A DNA stretch of 64,000 nt, from sequence record PX393109.1; one strand, given 5' to 3'. Under the pieces are notes generated by a model, which saw only the letters and a list, made by a program, of their open reading frames with translations, was not told where the DNA came from and did no database searches. The stretch's first letter is position 1; every line of letters starts with the position of its first letter. The position numbers were made by a program, and so were the translations under genes. This DNA comes from a phage. Positions 45,642-56,211 of the stretch are shown here, piece after piece.

Positions 45642-46409
45642 TTATATAGTGTAAGAGAACGTGTATCTCAGAGACAGCTCGTCTGTACTACCCTGATTAA
45701 TCTCAAGAACAGCCACACTACTGTCCACATCGGCATAAATCTGACCAGCTACTATACCAACGCCAACTCCTGAGAGGCTTGAGTCATCTGAGAAGGTAGC
45801 GTTAATAGGTAAGCCAATTCCTATTTTCATTACTTCTCCGGCATCGGTAGCAGAAGCAGTGATCTTGCCGTTAACAGTAACCACATTCCCTAGTCGGGTA
45901 TATATGGCTTCTGCTATGTCTAGATTGGAGACATTCTCAATCTTAACGAAGGCTGGATTGTACTTACCGCTATACAGATTACCAGGAGCAGCTGCTGTAG
46001 GGATCTTAACCCCAGCACCCAGGTCTAGAACACTGAGATCAATAGCCACCCACTTACCGCTAGGATTGGTGATCGGATCATAGATACCACCAGTAGTTTC
46101 TGGCTTAGAAGACTTAACCACTACTTTAGGTAGAGATCCTGTCCACTTAAACCACTTACCGGAGATCTCGTCGAAGACCGCATACCCAGCCACGTTAATC
46201 TGGAATCCTTGTTTGAACGAGCCGAGAGGATTAAGATTGAACAGCTTAAGGAATGTAAAGTCAGCAAGAGCCTTAAGATAAAACGTACGATCCGACAGCT
46301 GGGTAAGAGGTACGTTATCAATGCCGTCCGGGCCACCTTTAACCACATCACTTTCTTCAAATTGGTACACCTGAGCATGAAAGTTAAATGCCCCAGTATA
46401 ATTGCTCAT
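45642..46409 (-). CDS. tail fibre protein (paralog family)
   Basis: N-terminus FEESDVVKGGPDGIDNVPLTQLSDRTFYLKALA, homologous to the downstream 305-aa protein. Confidence 0.6.
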   Translation of the reverse strand: MSNYTGAFNFHAQVYQFEESDVVKGGPDGIDNVPLTQLSDRTFYLKALADFTFLKLFNLNPLGSFKQGFQINVAGYAVFDEISGKWFKWTGSLPKVVVKSSKPETTGGIYDPITNPSGKWVAIDLSVLDLGAGVKIPTAAAPGNLYSGKYNPAFVKIENVSNLDIAEAIYTRLGNVVTVNGKITASATDAGEVMKIGIGLPINATFSDDSSLSGVGVGIVAGQIYADVDSSVAVLEINQGSTDELSLRYTFSYTI

Positions 46410-46417
46410 CTAATCAC

Positions 46418-47911
46418 CTATAGATTGGCATCGCGATAGTAAGTATCATCGTGACTAATAACGTCGTTGTACAGAGGTTCGAATCCGTAACGAGTTACTT
46501 TCTCACCGCGATTATAAGTTCCGTCATGGAGAATAGTCCCATCCCGTTTCTCTAAGAGTCTTTCGGTCTTATGAGTGGTTAGGAACATAGCTTCTCGGTA
46601 GCTAGACCAATGAGTATACCAATCGTATACTTTGATCTTTTTAATGAACTCCTGGTGAAGATAACGAGTACCATCCAGCAGGTAAGACCCATTAATGAAG
46701 TCCATACCTTCGAAGTGTAGCCAGTCTATTTCTGGCAATCCGTAATAAGCCGTCCCGCTACGCTGAGTTTGGCCATCACGATGAGGCTGAATTACATACA
46801 GGCTATCGTATTCGAAGCTCTGATAGTTAGTTAAATCGTAACCCTCAGCGTAATTACCACCTTCATATCCGTAGTTTACTTGCTCTACTCCCTTGGATAA
46901 GTGGTCTATCTTCCTATCCATATAATTCTCGAACCCAAACTCTGATAGGTCGATATCCAAGAACAGGAAGATCTCACGCAGCATAGAGGACTTAAACTCC
47001 AACCCAGCTACCAAGTCTGATAAGTCCAGTAAGGACTCAATCTCAGTAGTTCTGGAATCGGCGCTTAAATCTACATTAAACTTAGCCAATGAGCTATAGA
47101 GTCTGCTGTGAGCAGTGTCGGTATTCTGGAGATCTAAGTATGTACCCATATCCAGAATAAGACCATTATCTAGCTTGATAGTTCTCCTATCGAATACAGT
47201 CAGATAAGAGTTCATCAGACGATCTGAGAAGCGATCAATCAACACTTCAAGAGGTACTTCCATCTCCGACATAATATCGAGACAGAATCGCAGCCATAGA
47301 GTATCCGAAATATCTGGGACTCGTATACCTACTGAACCATCCAGGATTGATGTGTCTAGCAACCAACTGGTGTCCAAGGAGGCGCTTCCGAGAGATTCAA
47401 CGCCATCTGGAAGACAGTTAGCGATACCGGTAAGTCTTACGCATATCGGAAATACCTTACGCGACAGACGATCAATTAGCTTAATCTGCCGAGTAGACAA
47501 GATCACGTTCTTAGGAAGCAGGATGGTTGCCAGTGAGCAGCCTTCCGGAGTCTTCTGATACAAGATCTCTTCTATCTCTACATTTATCAGCTTAAAGATA
47601 AGATCAACCCCATCCTTCATACCCTTGTTATCAAGGATACTTGGGAGGAGTACAGATACTGAGTTTTGGTCTACCTCTGTAGTTATGAGATCTGCTAAGT
47701 CTGGTTGACCCAGTAGCTCCAGGATGTAAATCGGATCATAAGACGGTTTACTAGGATCATAAATCGCCGTATTTTTATCCATCTCTGGAAAGACAACAGT
47801 CTCTAGACCATGATCCAGCACCTGCGAGAAGAACTTATATAACTCGTTCCCTCTAAGGTTAGGAGAGAAGTAATCTAGAGTGTTGAACTTAGCCATACTC
47901 ATACCCCGCAT
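46418..47911 (-). CDS. baseplate protein (gpI / Mu gp48-like position)
   Basis: Synteny: immediately after the J-like gene and before the fibres. Confidence 0.45.
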   Translation of the reverse strand: MRGMSMAKFNTLDYFSPNLRGNELYKFFSQVLDHGLETVVFPEMDKNTAIYDPSKPSYDPIYILELLGQPDLADLITTEVDQNSVSVLLPSILDNKGMKDGVDLIFKLINVEIEEILYQKTPEGCSLATILLPKNVILSTRQIKLIDRLSRKVFPICVRLTGIANCLPDGVESLGSASLDTSWLLDTSILDGSVGIRVPDISDTLWLRFCLDIMSEMEVPLEVLIDRFSDRLMNSYLTVFDRRTIKLDNGLILDMGTYLDLQNTDTAHSRLYSSLAKFNVDLSADSRTTEIESLLDLSDLVAGLEFKSSMLREIFLFLDIDLSEFGFENYMDRKIDHLSKGVEQVNYGYEGGNYAEGYDLTNYQSFEYDSLYVIQPHRDGQTQRSGTAYYGLPEIDWLHFEGMDFINGSYLLDGTRYLHQEFIKKIKVYDWYTHWSSYREAMFLTTHKTERLLEKRDGTILHDGTYNRGEKVTRYGFEPLYNDVISHDDTYYRDANL

Positions 47912-49262
47912 TCTTATCTGTGCCTCCGGAATCTACCAGAGTCCGATCTTCCGTATAACTGATCTCCAGTTTGCGGAGCTTATAGTACTCATTGTACTTA
48001 GCCTGTCGGTCAAGAATAGGCTGCTTAATGTAGATACGTCTAACTCGAAGAGACTCTGGCAGAGTCATATCGTTAACCGTAAAGAATGCACCGTTAGTCA
48101 TGCACTTTTTATTGATGGTTTCACGAATCTTCTTGGTAATGGCATCCGTATCAGCTCCGGAGTCAATAACCACTCGCATCTTAACATCGACCATGATCCT
48201 TATAGGGTCTATAACATTTATGTTAGAACCCAGCATGGCGTACTGCAGCATATACTTCTCGAAATCTGCCTTCATAGCATCATTCATGGTTAATTCGTCG
48301 GCTCGTAGGTACGAGACGTTAACCGAGCAGCAAGAAGTAGTCGGAAGAGCAGCGTTAGCACTTATCACACCCTGATAAGAAGCACCTATCGAAGCGTAAT
48401 CGTCCAGAGTAACCAGACGTCTCTTGGCTGAATAATAACCAGGAGCAACAGCAACGATCTTCTCAGGACTATCAGGGTCTGACCCAGGGTATTTAACTTC
48501 AGATGAGTAACTCGTATTTTCAACGTATAACTGAATCTTGGTAGGATCCAGAGTTAACCCATCTAGTTTATCAGCTGGAGCAACGTACTCTATCTTAAGT
48601 ACCTGGTTAACAGCAGCCTTCCTGCCCAGTGACCCGTTCCCGAAGATAATGAATATTCCCGAGAAGTAAGAACGAATTAGGACATTGTCCGAATCCATAT
48701 CTTCCGCAGCTGTGGTGTAGGAGATCTTCTCTCCATCGATATACAGGTTAACCAGATTATTATCAGGCTGAATAGGTACGTTGATACCTTTAAAATCCTT
48801 AGCATCGGTGATGGTTATCTCTTGAGAGACCCAATCACCGATAGCAACTACAATAGTATTCACGCCAACTTCTATTTGGGTAGAGTTGGTGAGAACCATG
48901 GAACGACCCATGTAGTTACCGATGGGATCTTCCTTATCCCAGTAAACTTGCTCCGTAGATGTGAACGTAATCTGGAGAAGAGGAGCAGACTTACGATTAT
49001 ATACATAACCTAAGGCTGAACCAATCGACACGATGGTCGAAGTCATGTTGCCGAAATCCAGTAATGAATCTCGGCGGTTCATGTAGGCAGCATAGGCCAG
49101 GAATGCTGTAATACCAGCACCGGTATTAAGTACCGTTTCGCCAGCACCAGCCTCGTAGAAGTCCTTCCACTTAGTCTCATAATCTGGAAGAGACTTAATA
49201 TAGTTCTCTAAATCCGTTCTGATCTGGTCGAAGGATAGAGAGGAATCTTGAATTATGTTCAT
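47889..49262 (-). CDS. baseplate J-like protein
   Basis: Size and position after the W-like gene match the Mu/P2 V-W-J-I order. Confidence 0.5.
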   Translation of the reverse strand: MNIIQDSSLSFDQIRTDLENYIKSLPDYETKWKDFYEAGAGETVLNTGAGITAFLAYAAYMNRRDSLLDFGNMTSTIVSIGSALGYVYNRKSAPLLQITFTSTEQVYWDKEDPIGNYMGRSMVLTNSTQIEVGVNTIVVAIGDWVSQEITITDAKDFKGINVPIQPDNNLVNLYIDGEKISYTTAAEDMDSDNVLIRSYFSGIFIIFGNGSLGRKAAVNQVLKIEYVAPADKLDGLTLDPTKIQLYVENTSYSSEVKYPGSDPDSPEKIVAVAPGYYSAKRRLVTLDDYASIGASYQGVISANAALPTTSCCSVNVSYLRADELTMNDAMKADFEKYMLQYAMLGSNINVIDPIRIMVDVKMRVVIDSGADTDAITKKIRETINKKCMTNGAFFTVNDMTLPESLRVRRIYIKQPILDRQAKYNEYYKLRKLEISYTEDRTLVDSGGTDKNAGYEYG

Positions 49263-49630
49263 CGTTTCAGACCCACCTCGTAGTTAAATTCTTGACCATC
49301 GATTCCTTTAACAGAGAACCATAAGTCTACCCAGAATATGTGATTATCCGGATCAGGAGTAACCTTAGTTTTACCTCGGTCTAATAGGGCTCTTGGCTCC
49401 CATCTCGTAACAGCGTCGACCACCTCTGCATAAACTTGCAGGCCAGTGATATCGTCGCATGGTTCCATGATGATATCTTCGAGATTAGAACCAAACTCCA
49501 TATTAAACATTCTGGTACCTTTGCGAGTCTTCAGTACATTAACTATGGCCTGAAATACTGCATCACCATCCTTAAGAGAGTTACGCTTAAGGGTCTGGTC
49601 TATATCTCGATAAATTGGCTGAACCATCAT
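49259..49630 (-). CDS. baseplate wedge protein, gpW/gp25-like
   Basis: RKGTRMFNMEFGSNLEDIIMEP...WEPR resembles the GPW_gp25 family; start trimmed to avoid overlap with the upstream gene. Confidence 0.55.
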   Translation of the reverse strand: MMVQPIYRDIDQTLKRNSLKDGDAVFQAIVNVLKTRKGTRMFNMEFGSNLEDIIMEPCDDITGLQVYAEVVDAVTRWEPRALLDRGKTKVTPDPDNHIFWVDLWFSVKGIDGQEFNYEVGLKR

Positions 49631-49634
49631 GAAC

Positions 49635-50294
49635 CTACTGTTTAGAGTTAGGCGGAGATGTACTACCACCACTATCGCCAACATGATCGTGACCGTTGTA
49701 GATAGCGCGATCTTCCGACATCTTGCGAACCTTGTCCTTGATCTCTCCTGTTCCATCGACAAGAGGAGTATCCAGTTTGATATGCTCTTTGGCGATTATC
49801 TCCAGAGCTTTAGCGATATCGACCTTACCTCCTCCTGGGGTGGTAAGAGTAAAATTAGCTTCTTGGTCAATATCGAACTGAAATCCAGAACAGTGCTTAA
49901 AATGAACTTCCTTAGACACTTTATCTATATAGAATACAGTGCCGGTAGAATCCTTAAATCCATACCTGTTGGGATAATTCTCTTTAAACTCTTCCGGTAC
50001 TTCCTTAGAGTGCCATCTACCAGTGTAGAATGGGAAATGCTGATCTCCTGTGGGGAACGAGACAGATACCTCAGTACCTACTTCTGGTATTTCAACACGG
50101 TCAGATTCCCCATCCCCCAGGAATGCAGATGCAATAGGAATGGCCCATGGGATACCATCACCATCGAGTACCCCAGGAACCCTAACCTTTACTCTGCATT
50201 TTTGGGCAGGGTCGTTATTATCAACGACTACCCCCTTATGGATGGCCTTCAGAGGATCCTGACCATTGCGCATGAGGTCTATAATATTTATCAT
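49635..50294 (-). CDS. baseplate spike / assembly protein V-like
   Basis: GVVVDNNDPAQKCRVKVRVPGVLDGDGIPWAIP resembles the gpV OB-fold N-terminus. Confidence 0.6.
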   Translation of the reverse strand: MINIIDLMRNGQDPLKAIHKGVVVDNNDPAQKCRVKVRVPGVLDGDGIPWAIPIASAFLGDGESDRVEIPEVGTEVSVSFPTGDQHFPFYTGRWHSKEVPEEFKENYPNRYGFKDSTGTVFYIDKVSKEVHFKHCSGFQFDIDQEANFTLTTPGGGKVDIAKALEIIAKEHIKLDTPLVDGTGEIKDKVRKMSEDRAIYNGHDHVGDSGGSTSPPNSKQ

Positions 50295-50296
50295 AC

Positions 50297-51421
50297 TTAA
50301 ACCTCTCTGGAATTATTCATCCCATCTCTGCACAACGTAAGGACGGTACATAAGTCTTTATTAGTGAAGATCCTACACACCTTCTGGGTTAGCCAAAGAC
50401 CGGACGAATCCATATTGGCTTCCTTACGACGAGCATCAGAGTCTTCTTTAAGTAACACAGAATCGAGAACTCGGATATTGAAATAATACCCAGTAATCTC
50501 GACCTTGGCTTTCATCATGGATAATCGGAGGAGGTTTCGGATGTTGTAATCGAAGGACGAATGGTAGGAAGAATGTACATTCTCATTAAGGATGGATACT
50601 CCTCCCAGACGCCGTCCCGTATCCGAGACTTCCTGATTACTCGATACTGATAGGATAGGGGATCCCTGAGGAGTGGAGTAGAACGACTGATTGTCGCTCT
50701 GATTGTGAACAATCCTGGATTTGGCATAGCCACCAAGAGCATTTACTGCTCCTGAATCGCTATAGATGTTAGGTGGCTTATCGTAATAAATAGCACCAGC
50801 ATCTTTGGTCTCTAGGGAAGTTAACTTCCAGTTAGGATTATTCCTGTCCACTGCTGTAGAGATAGACCGGACCCTAAACAAACCATCAGTAGTAATACCT
50901 ACCAATGGAGTATCGGAGTTTAAATTACTGTGAAGCCATAACTGGTTAACGAAATCTCGATCGTTAATGTTATTCTGCAGCCAGTTCATCTTGTTATCAG
51001 ATGCTGGGCAGTTGAAGTCTGCCTTAAAATACTTAGAGACTATAGACTTCATCACCTCTATTGAGGTACCAGTATGACTTGCTGCCTGGGAATCTATTCT
51101 GTACGGAACAGCTCCGAAGACTCCCAGTACTCTGAGGATTTGAGACCCTACTCCGAAATTAGTTTTCTGACGTTTTAGGATGGCTAACTTAACGTTAATC
51201 ATGCTAGCTTCGTTACGACCGAAACTGGCATAAATGAAATTACCTTCCTTGAGTACTGAGACTATTTGCTCATCTCGGCACTCGAAAACTAGCTCATAAG
51301 TAGGCATAACGTTACCAGCCTCTTCGATGATCTTAAACTGGATAAGATCTCTAGGGCCGATGAAGTCTTTAAAGTCGCCAATCTTAAACATGGCAACATA
51401 TTGACCTTTTACACCTATCAT
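50297..51421 (-). CDS. baseplate hub-like protein
   Basis: Position between tape measure and the V-like gene. Confidence 0.4.
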   Translation of the reverse strand: MIGVKGQYVAMFKIGDFKDFIGPRDLIQFKIIEEAGNVMPTYELVFECRDEQIVSVLKEGNFIYASFGRNEASMINVKLAILKRQKTNFGVGSQILRVLGVFGAVPYRIDSQAASHTGTSIEVMKSIVSKYFKADFNCPASDNKMNWLQNNINDRDFVNQLWLHSNLNSDTPLVGITTDGLFRVRSISTAVDRNNPNWKLTSLETKDAGAIYYDKPPNIYSDSGAVNALGGYAKSRIVHNQSDNQSFYSTPQGSPILSVSSNQEVSDTGRRLGGVSILNENVHSSYHSSFDYNIRNLLRLSMMKAKVEITGYYFNIRVLDSVLLKEDSDARRKEANMDSSGLWLTQKVCRIFTNKDLCTVLTLCRDGMNNSREV

Positions 51422-51795
51422 GATAAGCTCTCCACTTTAGCAGTAGCGGAGACAGATGACACATCTGGAGTCAGCGAGAAGTAAATATCTTCCAGATCGT
51501 CAATCAGTGGATATCTCAGAACTAAGTTCATGGTTAAGTCCCATGGGAACCGCAACTCATTCACCATCATAAGAATCCACCAGTACTGAGTCAATCCAGC
51601 ACCATAGATTCGTTCTGAGAGTAGGTCGGGTCTACCCACTTCTGAGATCACTGTATATGTACCATACCGAGAAAGATTCTTCAGTTTGTACATAAATTCA
51701 GAATCAACAGAGTCCAAGATAGACCCATTCTCATTAGACATGAATTTAGAGATATCATACCTCTGAGCCAATTTGTCTGAGTCTATCTTGAACAT
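51418..51795 (-). CDS. tail protein, unknown role
   Basis: ORF in the tail module. Confidence 0.45.
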   Translation of the reverse strand: MFKIDSDKLAQRYDISKFMSNENGSILDSVDSEFMYKLKNLSRYGTYTVISEVGRPDLLSERIYGAGLTQYWWILMMVNELRFPWDLTMNLVLRYPLIDDLEDIYFSLTPDVSSVSATAKVESLS

Positions 51796-51802
51796 AAGTC
51801 AC

Positions 51803-52438
51803 CTATTTAATAAACCAGGATCTTACATGATCCTCATCCGGCAGATATGCTGGGGTGAAGGACAGTTGCACCTTAGCCCATAACGGCTGACCAGTAGAGC
51901 GAGCTATTTCCTTGCTGTACTGAGTCGACACGTTCACAAGTATAAGGCTAGTTGCCCTGAACCACTGGCCGATCTGCAGAGTCCATGTACCTGTTATAGC
52001 GGTATCCGGATTGAAATTACCAGTCGCCTTGGTTACAGAGTACCCATTAGGAGCTCCGAACATAAGTCCGTTCTTGGTAGTGTATGTTACCCCAGCCAGG
52101 AACTCTTTAACTATGTCCAAAGGTCTGATGGATGGATTGTATGAGATAATTGTCAGAGGCACTGGAAATACTGGTTTGGTACTTCCTCGCCACTGAGCGA
52201 TAGTTTCACGAATATTTCGTATAACCATCTGATCCATACCCACGGTATTAGCTACCGCGTTAGCACCTCGCGTTAAGGTACCAGCCATCAAGTTTTCACC
52301 AGATTCAAACAGAGACGAAATATCGAATCCGAAATCCGTCTCTATAAGACCTACAGTACGGGACTTGTTACCAGGATGGACTAAGACAATTCTAGCATCT
52401 GGATTCGCGTATAGCTTCTCGATGTCTAATACTGCCAT
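51803..52438 (-). CDS. tail protein, unknown role
   Basis: ORF immediately downstream of the tape measure gene. Confidence 0.45.
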   Translation of the reverse strand: MAVLDIEKLYANPDARIVLVHPGNKSRTVGLIETDFGFDISSLFESGENLMAGTLTRGANAVANTVGMDQMVIRNIRETIAQWRGSTKPVFPVPLTIISYNPSIRPLDIVKEFLAGVTYTTKNGLMFGAPNGYSVTKATGNFNPDTAITGTWTLQIGQWFRATSLILVNVSTQYSKEIARSTGQPLWAKVQLSFTPAYLPDEDHVRSWFIK

Positions 52439-55296
52439 TATGAGAACACCATCTTGTTGAAGAACGCCAGACCATAGTCATCAATAGTGTCACTCTTATC
52501 CGTAACCACTGAAGGTACGTTAGGAGTTATAGCAGCAGGATCCTGGTTCCTGGTGGAACCAGCAGCCATAGCGGCCAATTGATTATTCTGATCTTGACGT
52601 TGTTTATTAACATCGTCTGTAGGGGTAGGAGCCTTAGGGACCTCGAGAGGTACGTTCTGAGCAACCTGGGTAGCTCCTGACTTAGATGCCTCAGCATCAG
52701 AACCATTCTTCATCCATTCTGCAGTATATGCAGCACGGTCTGCTAACCCATTATACCCACCATTGACCGCCTTAGTTGCTACTTCAACAGTAGCTCCTTT
52801 CTTCTCCATCTGTGGTCGCACACGATCTTTCCAATATGCAACCGCTAACTTATTGGCGATTTCAGGATCTTCAGCCATCTCAGGATTATTTTCGAGATCT
52901 ATACCCAGCATCTTACCATACTTCTGGTAATTAGCCCTACCAGTAAGCTGTATCCAGCCACGACCCTTATAACGAACCCCGTCCCCAGGATTTACGTTAC
53001 CCAGGTCTTTACGACCCTCGTACGCTTTACCAGAGGCTAGTTCTTTATTATAACGGAAGTTACCAGACTCATGCTGAACCTGGCCCATGAATAGAGCCAG
53101 TTCTTTATCGTCGATTCCCTGCTGCTTAGCATACTCTGCCAGACTATTCTTACGCTCCGTCTGCTCCTTAGAGCTGGGGAGGTATCGAGAGGCATTCTGC
53201 ATAGCGGACTGTAGGATACTACCACCGGCATCAACAGCACTGTCATAACCATTGGATATTATTCCACCAACAGTTCTTGCGCCATTAACTATGGAGGCAC
53301 CTGCTCCGATAATCCCATTGGATACCGCAACAGCTCCTTTCTTAAGTCCTTTAAAGAAGTCACCGACTACCGGTAGGTCTGATAGCCAATCAAATAGGCC
53401 ACCAATACCTTCACCTATAGACTTCATAGGATCATTTATAAATTCTGTAACCAAGTTAGATAATTCACTGATTTCTCCGGTTATGGACTTGGTTACCGAG
53501 TCGTAACTATCGGAGAACCACTTAGAGGTATCGGAGACGGACTTGGAAAGCCAGTCGGATGCATTCTTATACATCCCTGAGAATGACGCCGTTAGGTTAT
53601 TTGCAATATTAACCGCACCTTCGTATGTCTTCTGTACAGTATCTACAGCAGACTTAGCGACATTCACTACATCCTCTGGAGAGGCTAACCCGAAAGTTAA
53701 CCCAGAGGCTAGTGAGGCTGCCGATGAGCCAGCCTTAGCCCAGTTATCATCGCTGCCGAATAGCTCCTTAGCCTTATCTCCATCCCATCCAGAGACAGCA
53801 TCGTAAACTCCCATACCAGCAGTTACGGCTAACCCAATTCCTGGAATGAACTTAGCTCCTCTAAGGCCAGCTCTCAGAAGCGCACCACCTCCACGAGCAG
53901 CGCCTCTCGCAAGTCCTCCGGTGGCAGCTGCGTCGACTGCTCTGCCTGCCATCCTGCCAAGTCTACCGAACCTGCTGAGTCCACGACCGAGACGAGTCCT
54001 GCCTCTTCTTCCCCTACTTCTTCTACCTCTGCGGCCACGCTCATCGCCACCGCCGATAAGATCATCAAAGATAGAATCAGCAGCACCCTGCTTCTGTTCG
54101 TTAGCGAAAGGATCAATTTCTTCATGGTTAGCTCTTCCATTAGCTCTGGTTACCGATACCAGTTGCTCATCGATATCCACCAAAGTAGACTGACCATTAA
54201 TTAACTGAGTCTGCTTACGGGACAGTTCGTCCTGGCCAGACCTAGTCTCATTAATTAACTCTCGAATGCTGTTGTTAATCTCGTCCAGCTTCTGATTCTG
54301 CTCCTCTTCTGGAGTAGGTCCGAAACTGGGTTTTGGATTTACGGTAGCATCTGGAGTAGTAATCTCGACCTTAGTCTCTTTACCGTCGACTTTAGCAGAG
54401 GCCTCAGTGGAAGATTCTCCATCGGGTTTATTTTCTGATTTAAGAATCTCTCGAGATATGGCCTTTAATTCTTCGTCAGTAGTATCCGGTTCGTCTTTCC
54501 TTTTACGGAACATGGATGATATTGCACCATCCAATTTATCAGATATACCGAATACACTATCCAGGTCCCCTAAACCTAAGGCACCTAGACCAGATGAGAG
54601 TGCTTCCTTGCGGACAGAACCTACGGAAAACTGCGATGGGGTATTAAGGAACGAATCCCTTAAATTACGGCCAGTTTGACGTATGTTAAATCTGTCAAGA
54701 GTATCCCTCTCATCCTTACTCCTGTTCGTTAAGTTAGCAACCTTTACCGTATCAGAATATTTAATCTTTACGTTCTGATTGGCTAACTCAGCTCTAGCTT
54801 GCTCAATGATGCGGTTATTCTTCCGCATATTGATAGTACTAAGTGAGGAATTGGATACGTTAAGTACTCGAAGTAACCCACTCAGTTCTCTCATAGCAGT
54901 CATACGGACGCCACGAGTAAGTCTAGAGTCATTTAATATTGACTGATAGGTGTCGAGTAAAGATTCTGCAGCGATGGCCTTTTGATCCTCGGCAGTAGCG
55001 TACATATCCGCAACCTGGCCTACTTTATCTCTTAAGGAGATCAGCTGCTCAGCTTCCTGGGTAGAGAACTTAGCCCTACCGTAAAACTTACCCATCAGTG
55101 TATTCAGGGTCTTAACTTCATCAGAGCTAAGACCGACATCTACATCGTTGCTGGAGAGTATCTTAACAGTAGAACGAATCCCGATAAGATCTTCTTCCAG
55201 TTTAGACCTGGCATGCTCGTAATCAGAGGCATCCTTAATCGGATCGGTAGCTTCTGTACGAGCAATCCCAGATATGCCTCTAACTATGCTAACCAT
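52438..55296 (-). CDS. tail tape measure protein with C-terminal GH19 lysozyme-like domain
   Basis: 952 aa; helical N-terminus; Arg/Gly-rich low-complexity block; C-terminal FMGQVQHESGNF...YKGRGWIQLTGRANY homologous to the endolysin GH19 core. Confidence 0.7.
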   Translation of the reverse strand: MVSIVRGISGIARTEATDPIKDASDYEHARSKLEEDLIGIRSTVKILSSNDVDVGLSSDEVKTLNTLMGKFYGRAKFSTQEAEQLISLRDKVGQVADMYATAEDQKAIAAESLLDTYQSILNDSRLTRGVRMTAMRELSGLLRVLNVSNSSLSTINMRKNNRIIEQARAELANQNVKIKYSDTVKVANLTNRSKDERDTLDRFNIRQTGRNLRDSFLNTPSQFSVGSVRKEALSSGLGALGLGDLDSVFGISDKLDGAISSMFRKRKDEPDTTDEELKAISREILKSENKPDGESSTEASAKVDGKETKVEITTPDATVNPKPSFGPTPEEEQNQKLDEINNSIRELINETRSGQDELSRKQTQLINGQSTLVDIDEQLVSVTRANGRANHEEIDPFANEQKQGAADSIFDDLIGGGDERGRRGRRSRGRRGRTRLGRGLSRFGRLGRMAGRAVDAAATGGLARGAARGGGALLRAGLRGAKFIPGIGLAVTAGMGVYDAVSGWDGDKAKELFGSDDNWAKAGSSAASLASGLTFGLASPEDVVNVAKSAVDTVQKTYEGAVNIANNLTASFSGMYKNASDWLSKSVSDTSKWFSDSYDSVTKSITGEISELSNLVTEFINDPMKSIGEGIGGLFDWLSDLPVVGDFFKGLKKGAVAVSNGIIGAGASIVNGARTVGGIISNGYDSAVDAGGSILQSAMQNASRYLPSSKEQTERKNSLAEYAKQQGIDDKELALFMGQVQHESGNFRYNKELASGKAYEGRKDLGNVNPGDGVRYKGRGWIQLTGRANYQKYGKMLGIDLENNPEMAEDPEIANKLAVAYWKDRVRPQMEKKGATVEVATKAVNGGYNGLADRAAYTAEWMKNGSDAEASKSGATQVAQNVPLEVPKAPTPTDDVNKQRQDQNNQLAAMAAGSTRNQDPAAITPNVPSVVTDKSDTIDDYGLAFFNKMVFS

Positions 55297-55374
55297 TATT
55301 TACTCTCCGCAGCAACTATTTCTTGATAATGGTGGAACGCCTCGGAAAAGTCCATCCTTTTCACGTGGTAAAGA

Positions 55375-56205
55375 TCAACCATGTTTCTTCTTGCCAAAAG
55401 AGATGAGATGTTTAATAGAGACTTCATCTCTACGAAACGGTTCCGCCAGTTGGCTTACCCCCTTGACCGTTACTTCGGCCTTATGTCCACACTTAGGGCA
55501 AGCACATTCAATATACTGGCGACCAAAGTCAAGAATCTCGTCGATCATCTGAAGAGCCTGAATTATATCAGAGTCTTTATTCTCGAGGATAATCTTCTTG
55601 GCTTCTTCGTAGGTCTTATTACGGACCATCTTAGGCAACTCTACTTCCGCAGAGCGCTCGGGAGAGATACGACGGCACACCATCATATCATCAACCGTAA
55701 ACGGAGTGAATTCCAGAGTATCCCCATTAGGAAGATCGAGGATAATAGGCAATTCTTCTATTTCGGTTAAGTCCTGGAAGATAATCTCGCTTAAGCTACG
55801 GCTAGAGGAGATATATTCCTGGCAACCTGGGCATGTGTAGGAAAGACGCCACTCGTTCTTAGAGAACGTGGTTAACTTACGGAGTACCATAATAAGGAGG
55901 AGATCTTCGAATACGATCTGTCCCTTAGTTATACCGCGAGTTTCGATGTTGGCGAAGGTCAGTTCGATCTTCTGCTCAAGAGTCATCTTACCGTGGGACC
56001 ATCTTTCTACTTCGCCGAAGCTGTAGGGCTTATACGAAATAGTGGTACCAGCAGGGTAAGCTAAGAACCGAGACGGAAGCTGTTCCGCGGTAATCAGAAT
56101 ACCAGTAGAGTCTGACGTAGCCGGATCGACTACGGGAGTCGCAGCAACGACTTCCTCGGAAGCCTTCTGGGACGCTAATTCTTCACGAGATACAGTTTCC
56201 ATCAT
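55375..56205 (-). CDS. tail-associated protein with Cys4 zinc-ribbon motifs
   Basis: CPGCQEY...CACPKCGHK; lies between tube and tape measure. Confidence 0.45.
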   Translation of the reverse strand: MMETVSREELASQKASEEVVAATPVVDPATSDSTGILITAEQLPSRFLAYPAGTTISYKPYSFGEVERWSHGKMTLEQKIELTFANIETRGITKGQIVFEDLLLIMVLRKLTTFSKNEWRLSYTCPGCQEYISSSRSLSEIIFQDLTEIEELPIILDLPNGDTLEFTPFTVDDMMVCRRISPERSAEVELPKMVRNKTYEEAKKIILENKDSDIIQALQMIDEILDFGRQYIECACPKCGHKAEVTVKGVSQLAEPFRRDEVSIKHLISFGKKKHG

Positions 56206-56211
56206 TGATCC

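Noticed and set aside
53846-54193. Pro/Leu/Ala-rich 115-aa + strand ORF
   Set aside because: Mirror image of the Arg/Gly-rich low-complexity region of the tape measure gene on the opposite strand; compositional artefact.
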